Positions 26,639 through 36,350 of a stretch of 54,710 nt of DNA are shown in pieces (positions within the stretch are counted from its first letter, which is position 1; every line of letters starts with the position of its first letter). The notes under the pieces are model-generated. The model saw only the letters and a list, made by a program, of their open reading frames with translations, searched no databases and was not told the DNA's origin. Both the position numbers and the translations under genes were made by a program. This DNA comes from a virus (taxonomy: Duplodnaviria > Caudoviricetes), in IMG/VR virus record IMGVR_UViG_3300028908_000012, positions 1-54,710 of that record, one strand, 5' to 3'.

Positions 26639-27936
26639 TTGTCGTGTCGGTGTAAGTCTATAAGACTCACAGATGGATTTGGCTTTATAAAATGTGGAAA
26701 TTGTAGGCTATAAGTGCCTGATGTGTTATATGTTATTTCCGCATAGCCTACTTCAAAGGTTTTACCTATGTAATCATCAAACGGTCTAGCTCTATCGCTA
26801 TCGTTCAAGCCGCTACCGACCCAAACTTGAATTAGCTTATCCCCTACTTTACCGGCTAAAAATAACGCTCCAATTTGATCGGGTTTTGTCTCATGAGGTC
26901 TATAAGAGACCACCATTAGATCAGCTGGATCGTTATGGTGCAAGTCTTTCATCTTGTACCATGTACCATCTTTCTTAAAAGTTAATTCCCCTGATAGAGG
27001 TTTTAACATTAACCCTTCATAACCGTTCTTTATTACCTTATTAAACAGACTCATCAACTCCTCTTCATTTTGCACTATTACATAAGGAGTCAGATACTCT
27101 TTATCTACAAATCTACCTAATATTTCCTTTCTCGCTTTATAATCCAAATCGGGAGTTTTTCTCTTGATTAGGTTCTCATACGGGTATATATCCCATAATG
27201 ATAATCTCATTTGGGAAGGTACTTCTAATTCCGATTTAGTGGCTAAAGCGGATGTCATACGCCTATTTACCTCTAACATATCGGCATGAGATTTTCCCTC
27301 ATTCCAAATGATTTCACCGTCCACTACTGCCCCTTCGGGGATGTTAATACCTTTTAGAAGACCTGTTGCCTTTAACCTTGAACCATTGTAAGTTCTAAAA
27401 TGTACAGTACCATTTTGCTTATATATAGCTACACGGTTGCCGTTCATTTTGAGTTCTGCATACAGAGGGTAGGTAAGTCCAATCCCCTTATACAACAGTC
27501 CTTTTTGCATATCCCAAACCTCTAAGAACGGCATATATTTAGCTGCTGTTTTAAGTCCTAAACCTACTCTAAGGTCTTTATGAATAGCAAAGAGAAGAGA
27601 TAAGTCTTTTGTTGTGTTAAGGTAATTACTTACCTTGTTCACGGCATCATCTCCGCTTATAGCTCTTGTTTTAAGACCTTCTAATAAGTTACAGGTTTCA
27701 GGCGTGGGCTTAAAGTCATAGCCATAGTCTAGGGGGTCTTGAAGCCACCTATCTAGGTCTGTTTTAGTCCACAATCCCCCTTTGGAGACATAAAAGCTAT
27801 CGTAAGGCTCTATAATAGCCTTCAATATACACTTCAAACTCTCATCTTGCTCCGCTTTTTGAGCTATCGCCTGTATTAAAGGCTCTCGCTCCTTTTTCCT
27901 CGTTAAGTTATATAACTCTTTTAATAAAATTTTCAT
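26635..27936 (-). CDS. ATP-dependent DNA ligase
   Basis: ELKMNGNR, VDGE, EGLMLK, WYKMK, VGSG..SLQFPHF OB domain; start taken at MKILL. Confidence 0.9.
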   Translation of the reverse strand: MKILLKELYNLTRKKEREPLIQAIAQKAEQDESLKCILKAIIEPYDSFYVSKGGLWTKTDLDRWLQDPLDYGYDFKPTPETCNLLEGLKTRAISGDDAVNKVSNYLNTTKDLSLLFAIHKDLRVGLGLKTAAKYMPFLEVWDMQKGLLYKGIGLTYPLYAELKMNGNRVAIYKQNGTVHFRTYNGSRLKATGLLKGINIPEGAVVDGEIIWNEGKSHADMLEVNRRMTSALATKSELEVPSQMRLSLWDIYPYENLIKRKTPDLDYKARKEILGRFVDKEYLTPYVIVQNEEELMSLFNKVIKNGYEGLMLKPLSGELTFKKDGTWYKMKDLHHNDPADLMVVSYRPHETKPDQIGALFLAGKVGDKLIQVWVGSGLNDSDRARPFDDYIGKTFEVGYAEITYNTSGTYSLQFPHFIKPNPSVSLIDLHRHDK

Positions 27937-27938
27937 TT

Positions 27939-28985
27939 TTATAACGCTCCTATTGCTCCGGTGTTTATGGGGCATCTATGCCACATATCACACCACTTCT
28001 CGTCGCACAAAAAGTCTCCTGTTCCTGCTGTTGGGAACACCGCCGAAATAGCATCGTATGTGCTTAATCCACCTTTTATATAATAGTCCGTAAGTTTAGT
28101 CAAGTTTAACAGTAGCTGAACTTTACTTACAGCTCTTTGATAATTGGGCTGTAACATCTCTTTTAAAAACAGAGGTTTATTTTCTGTTATATCGTAAACC
28201 TGTCCTGCTTTATTGACCTTCTCTTTGTAGGCTATCTTAGTGGCTTGGCGGTTCACTGCTAAAAGCCTGTTACCGGACAGTTTTAACCCTGCTCCTTGTG
28301 CCATCCAACCGTATATAGATTGTTGAACAGCATAGGTTTTTAACTTATCTTGTGTGTAAGACTTTACAAATTTATAGTCATCGACTACAACACCCCCATC
28401 TTGCGATGGAGTCAACCTGTCGATGCTGCCTGAGATAGCGTTAAAGACGGGGTGATTAGCTATATGAGCGGTAAATCTAGTCTCAGTAGCTATTGCCACC
28501 GGCTCAGACCCTATAAATTCGGGTAATTTATCAATAGCATACTCCAAGTCGTCAAATAGCCTTTGTTTGGAGTCGTAACGGCTATATGAGTCCTCGTTAT
28601 CCTTCCACATATCACTACCCCACTTTTCTCTATACTTCTGCTCAGTGTCCTGTATCTTTTTCTCTGCTATCTCCTTCAGTAAATGCCCATTATTGGGTAA
28701 ATGCTCCGACCCTGAGACCATTCGTAGCAAATCAAAGGCCTCCGCCGCTGCATGGAAGGCAGTACCTATTGTGTTAGCGGGTCTGCTTTTACTCTCATAT
28801 AAACCGTAAAATTGAGCTGCCCATTGGAACGGACAATGAGGATCAATGCTGGAAGGTCTTAAAACTTTCTTACCTTCAACTCTGTGTGCGACATTATTAT
28901 CGCCCTCTATCACGCTTTTTATCAACTCCTCTTTATTGTTGGGTAGAGGTGTTGATGTCATCTCGAAATGTGTGATTTGGAACAT
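27939..28985 (-). CDS. PD-(D/E)xK exonuclease, Cas4/AddB-like with four-Cys cluster
   Basis: RPSS..CP, GTAFH, GSIDRL..DDYK, QQSIY, C-terminal CDEKWCDMWHRC. Confidence 0.85.
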   Translation of the reverse strand: MFQITHFEMTSTPLPNNKEELIKSVIEGDNNVAHRVEGKKVLRPSSIDPHCPFQWAAQFYGLYESKSRPANTIGTAFHAAAEAFDLLRMVSGSEHLPNNGHLLKEIAEKKIQDTEQKYREKWGSDMWKDNEDSYSRYDSKQRLFDDLEYAIDKLPEFIGSEPVAIATETRFTAHIANHPVFNAISGSIDRLTPSQDGGVVVDDYKFVKSYTQDKLKTYAVQQSIYGWMAQGAGLKLSGNRLLAVNRQATKIAYKEKVNKAGQVYDITENKPLFLKEMLQPNYQRAVSKVQLLLNLTKLTDYYIKGGLSTYDAISAVFPTAGTGDFLCDEKWCDMWHRCPINTGAIGAL

Positions 28986-29014
28986 TTTATATCCTTTATT
29001 TTAATAATATTTGT

Positions 29015-29056
29015 ATTATATATTAACTATGCTTAATCTATACTTAACAGTAGCTA
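29015..29056 (-). promoter_or_regulatory. Sigma70 promoter, TTAAG-periodic class
   Basis: Minus strand GTTAAGtatagATTAAGcatagttaataTATAAT, overlapping the end of the methyltransferase gene. Confidence 0.65.
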
Positions 29057-29729
29057 TGTGCCTTAAATTATGATCACAACCATAAAAACCCCTTTTCTCC
29101 TTGACAGCGGCGACTGCTGTTGACCCCGATCCCATAAACGGGTCTAGGATTATATCTCCTTCTTTTGAGGAGTTTCTTATCAGCCTTCTTAACAGTTCAA
29201 CCGGCTTAGGAGTTGGATGGTTAAACTCCTTTTTATCTTTAGCATTAAGAGGACTTGTAAAGACTGTTCTAGCATCATCGTAGTTATCAGGTTTGCAATA
29301 ACCACCTTTTCTTACATATAGTATATATTCAGTATCAGAAAGATACTTATTACTATATGCGGGAACAGGGTTGGTTTTGATCCATTTAAGCAAATCGAAT
29401 TTACATTTCCTCTTTATAACAAACTCCGTGAATAGCTCAGGGAGTTGAAGCCGTGAACAGAATATATAAGCATTTACCCTATCTTGCACCTTTAAGAGTA
29501 AATTAGCAAAACGAGGTATATCAAAGGAGTCTGATAGCCCCTCTTCTTGTAGCTCGTCTTGTATAAGAGCTATTTTATGTCCTTGTGTTCCGCCTCCGCT
29601 CCCTTTCGCTACTATGTAGGGTGGGTCTGTTACTACCAAAGGTACTTTAATACCTCTATCTATAAGTACCTGCATAAACTCGTAAGCATCGCCCTGCCCA
29701 AATTTTACACTTTCAGTTCGTCCATACAT
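29016..29729 (-). CDS. DNA N6-adenine/N4-cytosine methyltransferase (beta class)
   Basis: TDPPY, HPTPKP, LDPFMGSGST. Confidence 0.95.
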   Translation of the reverse strand: MYGRTESVKFGQGDAYEFMQVLIDRGIKVPLVVTDPPYIVAKGSGGGTQGHKIALIQDELQEEGLSDSFDIPRFANLLLKVQDRVNAYIFCSRLQLPELFTEFVIKRKCKFDLLKWIKTNPVPAYSNKYLSDTEYILYVRKGGYCKPDNYDDARTVFTSPLNAKDKKEFNHPTPKPVELLRRLIRNSSKEGDIILDPFMGSGSTAVAAVKEKRGFYGCDHNLRHIATVKYRLSIVNI

Positions 29730-29730
29730 T

Positions 29731-31659
29731 TTAGTCCTTTATGTATATGATATTGGAGTCTGCTTCTTTCCATGTCGTGCCTACTCCTACCTCCACCGGC
29801 ATAGGTACATCTTGATAAGTAGGGGCAAAACTTATGACATAATTCCAAGCATCTTGGAGGTTTTTAGCAAACCTTGCTGCTAAGTCCTGCTCTTGATGAT
29901 GTGTGTAAGACTCTGGATATAAGAGGATGAACGAGTCATGTATCATTCCTCCTAAATAGGTATGGTTACTTAGTGTACCTGTGCTTCTTAATAACCATAA
30001 GGCTATCTTACTAACATCTCCTGCCGATCCTTGTATTGCATCGGCAATCAATTCCGATGGGCGAGATACGAATACCTCTCTCCCTAGTAATGTATATAAC
30101 TGTCCTTTAGCTCTGCCACCTTTACACTGCTTTTGGCACTGCACTTGGAGGGCATTTATACCCTTATAGGTATCTAAATAACCCTTCTTAAACTGTTTTA
30201 TTGTGGATCGGGATAAGAATACATGATCTTCACCCTCCCACTTTATACCTCCTTTAGCTAAAAGAGTTTGGTAAAAAGTACCTACTCCCATAAGGTAGCC
30301 GAGTCCAAAGTTTATATTCTTAGCTACTGTCCTATCTGATAATCCTAGTCTATCTTTTGTAAGTTGATGGAGATCATCACCATTTTTGTAAATTCTATAC
30401 ATCTCTGCGTCCTGAGCATATACGCACATAGTACGCAATTCCACTTGACTGTAATCAGATACCATTAGCTTAAAACCCTTTGGGGCTTTGAAGTACTTTT
30501 TAAGGCTTCGAGGTGCTTGTTGAAGGTTTACCCTCTCATCATCTCCGGAAGCCGCTGTACGCCCCGAAACTGTGGATATAGCATAGTAGGCGTTGATAAG
30601 CTTACCTGCTTGTCTTATCTTTTTAAATTTATCTATAAACTCCCTCTCTTTACCTGCTGCCATTTGGTTGAGGATAAATTGTGCTTTTGATCTCTGGGAG
30701 ACGCAATTACTACATTGACAATGCTGAGAGTATTTGATGGTTAAGTCCATATTTTCCATCTCTTTAGCTTTAGCATTGAACTCCGCTTTATACTCTTTAT
30801 CCCCTAACTCATATAGTCCTCTTGCAAACGCATCGGGGTATATAATACAATCCGACCCTAAAGGGTGCTTACCGTATGCCATTTGATTTAAAACATACTT
30901 ATCACATCGATAAGTAGCTTTTGTTCCTGTTGTATTTAGTATCTTAGGTAGATTAAAATAAGTACACTTTTGTTGTGAGCTGTTTATATTTATAGGTAGC
31001 TCTTTTATCTTCTTATCACTCTCTTCTATCGCCTTTTCATAGTCGAAATCCATTCCGGTAGTACCCATCAAGGTTTTCATTGCCTCTATATCGGTTTGGT
31101 ACACTCTATGATGTCGGGAGTCCATCAAACCATTAAGTTTCTCTATTATCGGAGGTAATACAAGTGTATCTAAGGCAGCATAACGGAGATGCTTATCTGT
31201 TATATTATCTTTACTCCAATCTGTTTTTTGCATCTCCTTCTTGTCTATACCATGAGCGTGATAGACATCATAACCTAATGCCCACTCTGCGAGTGTGTCT
31301 AATGTAAAACTCTTTAACTGTTGTCTGAGTGCCACCCTTCCCATTTGGGTAACATCATGATACTGCAAATTAGAGGGGATAGTACCTCCGTGTTTTTGGA
31401 GGGTATAAAGATCGTAATGGAGCGATGCCCCTATCACTATCTTATTATTTATAATATTTTGCACTATCTCCGCTAAATCTTTATGTCCGCCTATAAATAT
31501 ATAACAAGTATGAAGGTCTAGTTCTGTCGTAAGTTGCACTAAACCGAACTTACCATAGGTTTTCTTTGGCTTATTTTCTAAATTAGGTAGTGTTTCCGTA
31601 TCTAAATATGCAAACTTAAAGTCCTTATTGAATATAGAAAAATCATTTAGTTTATACAT
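29731..31659 (-). CDS. polA: Family A DNA polymerase with 3'-5' exonuclease
   Basis: DTET, YDL, YAALD exonuclease motifs; TVSGR, NLQQ, SDYSQVELR (A), AKNINFGLGY (B), IQGSA, IHDS (C). Confidence 0.95.
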   Translation of the reverse strand: MYKLNDFSIFNKDFKFAYLDTETLPNLENKPKKTYGKFGLVQLTTELDLHTCYIFIGGHKDLAEIVQNIINNKIVIGASLHYDLYTLQKHGGTIPSNLQYHDVTQMGRVALRQQLKSFTLDTLAEWALGYDVYHAHGIDKKEMQKTDWSKDNITDKHLRYAALDTLVLPPIIEKLNGLMDSRHHRVYQTDIEAMKTLMGTTGMDFDYEKAIEESDKKIKELPININSSQQKCTYFNLPKILNTTGTKATYRCDKYVLNQMAYGKHPLGSDCIIYPDAFARGLYELGDKEYKAEFNAKAKEMENMDLTIKYSQHCQCSNCVSQRSKAQFILNQMAAGKEREFIDKFKKIRQAGKLINAYYAISTVSGRTAASGDDERVNLQQAPRSLKKYFKAPKGFKLMVSDYSQVELRTMCVYAQDAEMYRIYKNGDDLHQLTKDRLGLSDRTVAKNINFGLGYLMGVGTFYQTLLAKGGIKWEGEDHVFLSRSTIKQFKKGYLDTYKGINALQVQCQKQCKGGRAKGQLYTLLGREVFVSRPSELIADAIQGSAGDVSKIALWLLRSTGTLSNHTYLGGMIHDSFILLYPESYTHHQEQDLAARFAKNLQDAWNYVISFAPTYQDVPMPVEVGVGTTWKEADSNIIYIKD

Positions 31660-31734
31660 ATATGTCCTTTATAATAAATTTAATCGTCCGCCCCAATGGA
31701 CGGACTGTTAAACTTAAAATGGTATATCTTGCTG

Positions 31735-32496
31735 TTACTGTAATCGTTCTACTATTTCTTTAGCTACCTCTTTAGCGATACGATCGATTTCTACCTTAAT
31801 TTTTGGGTCTATACCCTCTATTTCTTCATGTGCCGGTTGTGATACTGCCTCTTTTATCTCTTTGCCTGTTATACCTATATACAGGTCTCTAAAGGTACTT
31901 ATACCTCCTAACTCCGGATTTTTTCTTAGCATTTCCACTAAAAAGATAGCAAGGTTCTTTTTAGTTATTCTCTTATTTGTTATATTCGCTAATTTTTCCT
32001 TGTATTTATCCTCTTCTCTATCATGGCTAACAGGTATAACCTGCTCTTCCTCTGTCGGTGGCGGCGGTGGGTTAAATGATTGTGGTTCATTTACCTCTTC
32101 CTCCTCTGTTATCGTCGTTGATGTATTGGTGTATATATTAGTGTCTATATTCATAGGAACACTTGTTACCAATGTAGGAGGTGCAAACATCTTAGCTAAC
32201 TCCTCTTCCGACATTGGAGAATTTGGTATTACTCTTTCCTGTCTTTCTACTGCTTCTTGTCCTGTTGGAAACTTTTGCTCCTCTTCTGATGGTAGAGGTA
32301 TAAACTCCTCTTCCTCTTTTGAGGGTTTCGGTTGTACATGAGGAGCATTGTCAAAAATCTTTAACTCAGGTGGTGGAGGTGGCGGAGGAGCTGCCTCTTC
32401 CACCTGTGGTAGATTACCACCTGTGCTTACTGTCGGCTCGTTTGTTTGCTCAGGAGTTGCCGTTATTCCTGAATTGAACCATCCATAATCCGCCAT
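31735..32496 (-). CDS. Pro/Glu-rich, largely disordered protein
   Basis: Poly-Pro and poly-Glu tracts; small helical C-terminal domain. Confidence 0.7.
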   Translation of the reverse strand: MADYGWFNSGITATPEQTNEPTVSTGGNLPQVEEAAPPPPPPPELKIFDNAPHVQPKPSKEEEEFIPLPSEEEQKFPTGQEAVERQERVIPNSPMSEEELAKMFAPPTLVTSVPMNIDTNIYTNTSTTITEEEEVNEPQSFNPPPPPTEEEQVIPVSHDREEDKYKEKLANITNKRITKKNLAIFLVEMLRKNPELGGISTFRDLYIGITGKEIKEAVSQPAHEEIEGIDPKIKVEIDRIAKEVAKEIVERLQ

Positions 32497-33461
32497 TACT
32501 GTCCTCCTGTCGGAAATGGAGGCATATTGCCCATTGGTGGATTTCCTGCTGGAGGTGTACCCATTGGAGGCATATTGCCCATTGGTGGATTTCCTGCTGG
32601 AGGTGTACCCATTGGAGGCATATTGCCCATTGGTGGATTTCCTGCTGGAGGTTGATTACCTGCTGGTTGATTAGCCATCGGCATACCTACTTGTTGAGGT
32701 TGCTGCGGCTGTTGGATACCTACTCCCGTGTCATGATCACAAATCTTATTCGTCGGGATGTACCCAACGATAGGAGTCATAGGAGTTCCCTCCCTGTTCC
32801 CGCAATACAACTTAGGTTTTTTCAATGCACTAAAATCTGTGTAATTACCTGTAATTTTGGCTATCATCTGACATCTTAAAGCGTCATCGAATGATGCTTT
32901 ACTTACCTCCACCAAATGATATTTTAATGGCTTACCATCTTTGGGGTTGATTTCCCCTTTTGACATAACCTTGTTTACCATGATTACATCGTAAGGGTTG
33001 ATTATGTTACTATCCCATTTACTCGAAACAGTGGTAGGGGCATCCAATATACCTTTTTCAAGGCTGGATAACAACTCTTCAGGAGATGTAGCATGAGCGT
33101 TAAACCCATAGCCGGATAGTGCGTAAAATTCTCCATTTTGACCATGTAACTTCACTACCTCTAGCGGAATAAAACCTTGATAAAATCCAATCGTTGAAGG
33201 TACTCTGCCCCAACTTCCCCAATCACAACCGGGATAGTTGGCTTTCGGAAAGAAAGTGCCTCTATCTCCTTCTAAACTCTGAGGTTGACCGCCGAGCGGC
33301 TGACTGAAATTTGGTACATCAGGCATCGGGTTTTGCGTATTTACTACGCCACCGTATCCCTGTTGTGGGTATCCCTGTTGTGGGTATCCCTGTTGAGGGT
33401 AGCCTTGTTGTTGCTGAGGGTATCCCTGTTGAGGGTATCCCTGTGGTTGTTGTGTAAGCAT
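32496..33461 (-). CDS. Putative ssDNA-binding protein with low-complexity termini
   Basis: First gene of the replication operon; globular core flanked by PQQGY and PPMGN repeats; function inferred from position only. Confidence 0.45.
   Translation of the reverse strand: MLTQQPQGYPQQGYPQQQQGYPQQGYPQQGYPQQGYGGVVNTQNPMPDVPNFSQPLGGQPQSLEGDRGTFFPKANYPGCDWGSWGRVPSTIGFYQGFIPLEVVKLHGQNGEFYALSGYGFNAHATSPEELLSSLEKGILDAPTTVSSKWDSNIINPYDVIMVNKVMSKGEINPKDGKPLKYHLVEVSKASFDDALRCQMIAKITGNYTDFSALKKPKLYCGNREGTPMTPIVGYIPTNKICDHDTGVGIQQPQQPQQVGMPMANQPAGNQPPAGNPPMGNMPPMGTPPAGNPPMGNMPPMGTPPAGNPPMGNMPPFPTGGQ
32518..32652. repeat. 48-bp coding tandem repeat (~2.8 copies)
   Basis: Perfect repeats encoding GTPPAGNPPMGNMPPM. 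Confidence 0.9.
33350..33446. repeat. 15-bp coding tandem repeat (PQQGY)
   Basis: GGGTATCCCTGTTGW-like units. Confidence 0.9.
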
Positions 33462-33514
33462 CTCTCTGCTCCTTATATTATTTATTTTCGCCTCTTTCTG
33501 AAACGATATACGAA

Positions 33515-33615
33515 ATTATATAGTAACTATGCTTAAATATACCTTAAATATAGTTATGTTGTTAAAGTTTTTAATGAGTATGGTTAAGTTTATATTAAGT
33601 TATGTATGTTATAAT
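33515..33615. promoter_or_regulatory. Divergent sigma70 promoters for the replication operon (-) and primase (+)
   Basis: Minus TATAAT 33515-33520 with TTAAG x2 upstream; plus TGtTATAAT 33607-33615 with TTAAG x2 upstream. Confidence 0.75.
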
Positions 33616-33641
33616 GAAAGCAAAAAATTTAAGGATGATAA

Positions 33642-36350
33642 ATGTATAGACTTAGTATGAGTAATGATATAGCTACAAAACAAATTAAAAGCGGTAATAA
33701 ATTCGGGTATGGGAAGGCAACTACTTATGGTTTTCAGGAGGTTAACTTTAGTAGTCTTAGGGAACTTGGATTTTATGCTTTGCATTACGCTGTCGCTCCT
33801 GCTATCTATAAAGGGGGTCATCGCCACTCTAAAAATTTAATGTCAATAGGGAATTGCGTAATCATTGATATTGATAAAATAAGTCAAAGGGATATGGAAA
33901 ACTTACTTCACAATATCCGTATATCACAACTAAATTTCGCCGCAATTCCCTCTCAAAATTGTAATAAAAATGATATAAGGTTTAAGTTAGTAATACCTAT
34001 TACTAACTTAACAAAAGAAAACTATAAGTTAGTATGGATTGCACTAACTAAGCAGTTCGGAATTATAGGGGATGAAGCTACTAAAGACCTTACAAGATTT
34101 TTTGCCCCTACAATACCGGCGGCAGATAAATATCCTAAATACAATCAAACGGTTGTTAAAAATATAACCGAAGTGTTTGGGTACGAAGGGTACCTATACA
34201 ACGATACCGGTTATGTTTTAGATGTTGCAAACCTTAGATTACAGGAGATAAAGGAAGCGGAAGCATTGGAGACGGTTACGCTGAAAGACGCTATCCCTTT
34301 TATCTCCGCTGAGACACCTATAAAAGTGTCTTTATATGAAGGTAAAAACAAAAAGATAGATAGGTTAGTAGATAAAACTATTACTTTAGGAGAGTTAGCA
34401 GATGTCTTAAAAGCGGGGTTGGCAGAAGATAAAGTTAATGTATATTGCCTCTATCAAAATGAGCATACAGACCCCGAAAACAAGAAGTATGCATGGGTAC
34501 AATACACCCCGACGATCGGAGCTGTTATGTACCATTGCGGCGGAACTACCTGCAAAGAGAAACATCGAAACAGTTATATAGTAGATTGTTTTGATCATAC
34601 TAAAGTAATAGGAGCTAATAAATATATGCCTATTACTTTAAGTAAGCTAATGAAAGGCCTCGAAAGAGCCTTGTTAGAGTACTATGTGGGAGAAAATCAG
34701 CTTTGGGATATTATAAATAAAAATGCCATTGCCTTGATGTTAATGGTTACAGGGGCTGAAAAGGGAGACTACCACATGACCCATATCAGCCATACAGGCG
34801 AATGGTTGGAGGCGGTAAAAGTAAGAGCTAAGGACACTTATAAATTATATAGTTTTTGGAGAGGTGTTTTATTTGATACTAGAATATACAATTTTATAAA
34901 AGCCTACAATGCAACAGTCGATGAAAATAGAAAAGTTAGCGACATAAGCTTGTTCGTAACTATTGTAGAGCATATAAATATAAACTTATCCAATGCTACA
35001 TATACATATCAGGAGGATGTAGATATATTTGCGGATAAAACTAAACTTGTTTGCGAGAAAAAAGAGTTCGCATCCTCTCTAACAGTAATACGACCTTCAT
35101 TTGATATTCAAATATCGGAAAAACCTCTTATTCTAAACTCTGTCGGGGAGGAGCTAGAAGACCCCGATAATGCACATTTTAACTATATAATAGAGACATT
35201 TAATAAGCACTGGGGAAGTATCCCTTTTGATATATTAAATTTCGCTTTGGCTAACAGCGTAACAAAGAACTATCGCCCTAAAGGGATGATAATAGAAGCG
35301 GCCTCCGGAAGTGGTAAATCTACACTAATAGAAATATTTGCTAACTTAGGGCTTACAAACACGAGTAGCCCCCTACTTACAGAGTTTCTATCAAGTAACC
35401 GATCAGCAATTAACCATCATGCTTTGATGGGTAAACTCTTCATTTCTTTCGATGAAATTGATGCATCCGCACTAAAAAGCGGGTTCACATCGAAGTTAAA
35501 GGATACCTTCAGCGGTAAATATTTTACTATTGCCCCTAAAGGTATTGCAGAAGTTACCTTATCAACAGAGGCTTTTATCCTGTTTGGAGCAGAAGCGGAG
35601 AGTTTTTATGTTAACCTAGACGAGCAGTCAAAAAGCCGGTTTGTACTATACCCTAGTAGAGATATGAAGTCTTTTAGTAGTTTAGGATTACAAAATACTT
35701 ACAGCTTAGAGACTGTAAAAGAAGTGATTACCTACTATATAGGTATATACTTCAATAACCTCATCAAATTTATAAAAACCGGTGATAGAAAAGAGGTTGT
35801 AAGGTGGGCTAATAACCTCCAACAATATTATAATAGAGTAACGGAGCAAGATAACACTCCGGAGCTGATTAAGAGAAGTATTGATGAGGATATAGCGGCA
35901 ATGGAAGACTATATGCCGGAGTATAAGAGAGGGATTGACACCTCTCGTCCGTCTGTTCAAGCTTTATATGCCTTAAATCTGGCGGATGTACTGATACCTA
36001 TTAATTTTAAAAGCCTTGACAAAGACGAGGGCTTTATACCCTTCATGCGGGAGAAAGTTAATATATCTGATGATATGGTAAATAGGCTTAAGAAATTTAA
36101 AGGGGGTAAAGATAACAAGGGTGTATCCCCCGATTGGTGGAGGCTCATAAAGACCCCTGAAATAAATAAGGAAAGAGGGTATAGGTACAACGGAACAACT
36201 AAATCTAAACTACCTTACTATATGTATGTAGCTTGTGATCCAAAAGAATTACAAGCTAAACTAAAAGCTAGTAATTTAGGTAGAATAAACTATTGGTTAT
36301 ATGTCGAATTGTTTAAAATAGCTTCAAGATTGGAGGCTTTATATGTATAG
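33642..36350 (+). CDS. Primase-helicase (AEP-like N-terminus, Zn-binding segment, SF3-like ATPase)
   Basis: VIIDID, RFKLVIP, DEATKDLTRFF; C..H..HC....C; ASGSGKST, FISFDE. Confidence 0.8.
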   Translation: MYRLSMSNDIATKQIKSGNKFGYGKATTYGFQEVNFSSLRELGFYALHYAVAPAIYKGGHRHSKNLMSIGNCVIIDIDKISQRDMENLLHNIRISQLNFAAIPSQNCNKNDIRFKLVIPITNLTKENYKLVWIALTKQFGIIGDEATKDLTRFFAPTIPAADKYPKYNQTVVKNITEVFGYEGYLYNDTGYVLDVANLRLQEIKEAEALETVTLKDAIPFISAETPIKVSLYEGKNKKIDRLVDKTITLGELADVLKAGLAEDKVNVYCLYQNEHTDPENKKYAWVQYTPTIGAVMYHCGGTTCKEKHRNSYIVDCFDHTKVIGANKYMPITLSKLMKGLERALLEYYVGENQLWDIINKNAIALMLMVTGAEKGDYHMTHISHTGEWLEAVKVRAKDTYKLYSFWRGVLFDTRIYNFIKAYNATVDENRKVSDISLFVTIVEHININLSNATYTYQEDVDIFADKTKLVCEKKEFASSLTVIRPSFDIQISEKPLILNSVGEELEDPDNAHFNYIIETFNKHWGSIPFDILNFALANSVTKNYRPKGMIIEAASGSGKSTLIEIFANLGLTNTSSPLLTEFLSSNRSAINHHALMGKLFISFDEIDASALKSGFTSKLKDTFSGKYFTIAPKGIAEVTLSTEAFILFGAEAESFYVNLDEQSKSRFVLYPSRDMKSFSSLGLQNTYSLETVKEVITYYIGIYFNNLIKFIKTGDRKEVVRWANNLQQYYNRVTEQDNTPELIKRSIDEDIAAMEDYMPEYKRGIDTSRPSVQALYALNLADVLIPINFKSLDKDEGFIPFMREKVNISDDMVNRLKKFKGGKDNKGVSPDWWRLIKTPEINKERGYRYNGTTKSKLPYYMYVACDPKELQAKLKASNLGRINYWLYVELFKIASRLEALYV

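Noticed and set aside
27430-27460. Ligase motif I KMNG suggesting an RNA ligase
   Set aside because: C-terminal OB-fold motifs and replication context indicate a DNA ligase
31685-31702. Small hairpin upstream of the polymerase gene as a terminator
   Set aside because: Only a 5-bp firm stem and a weak U-tract; cannot be supported
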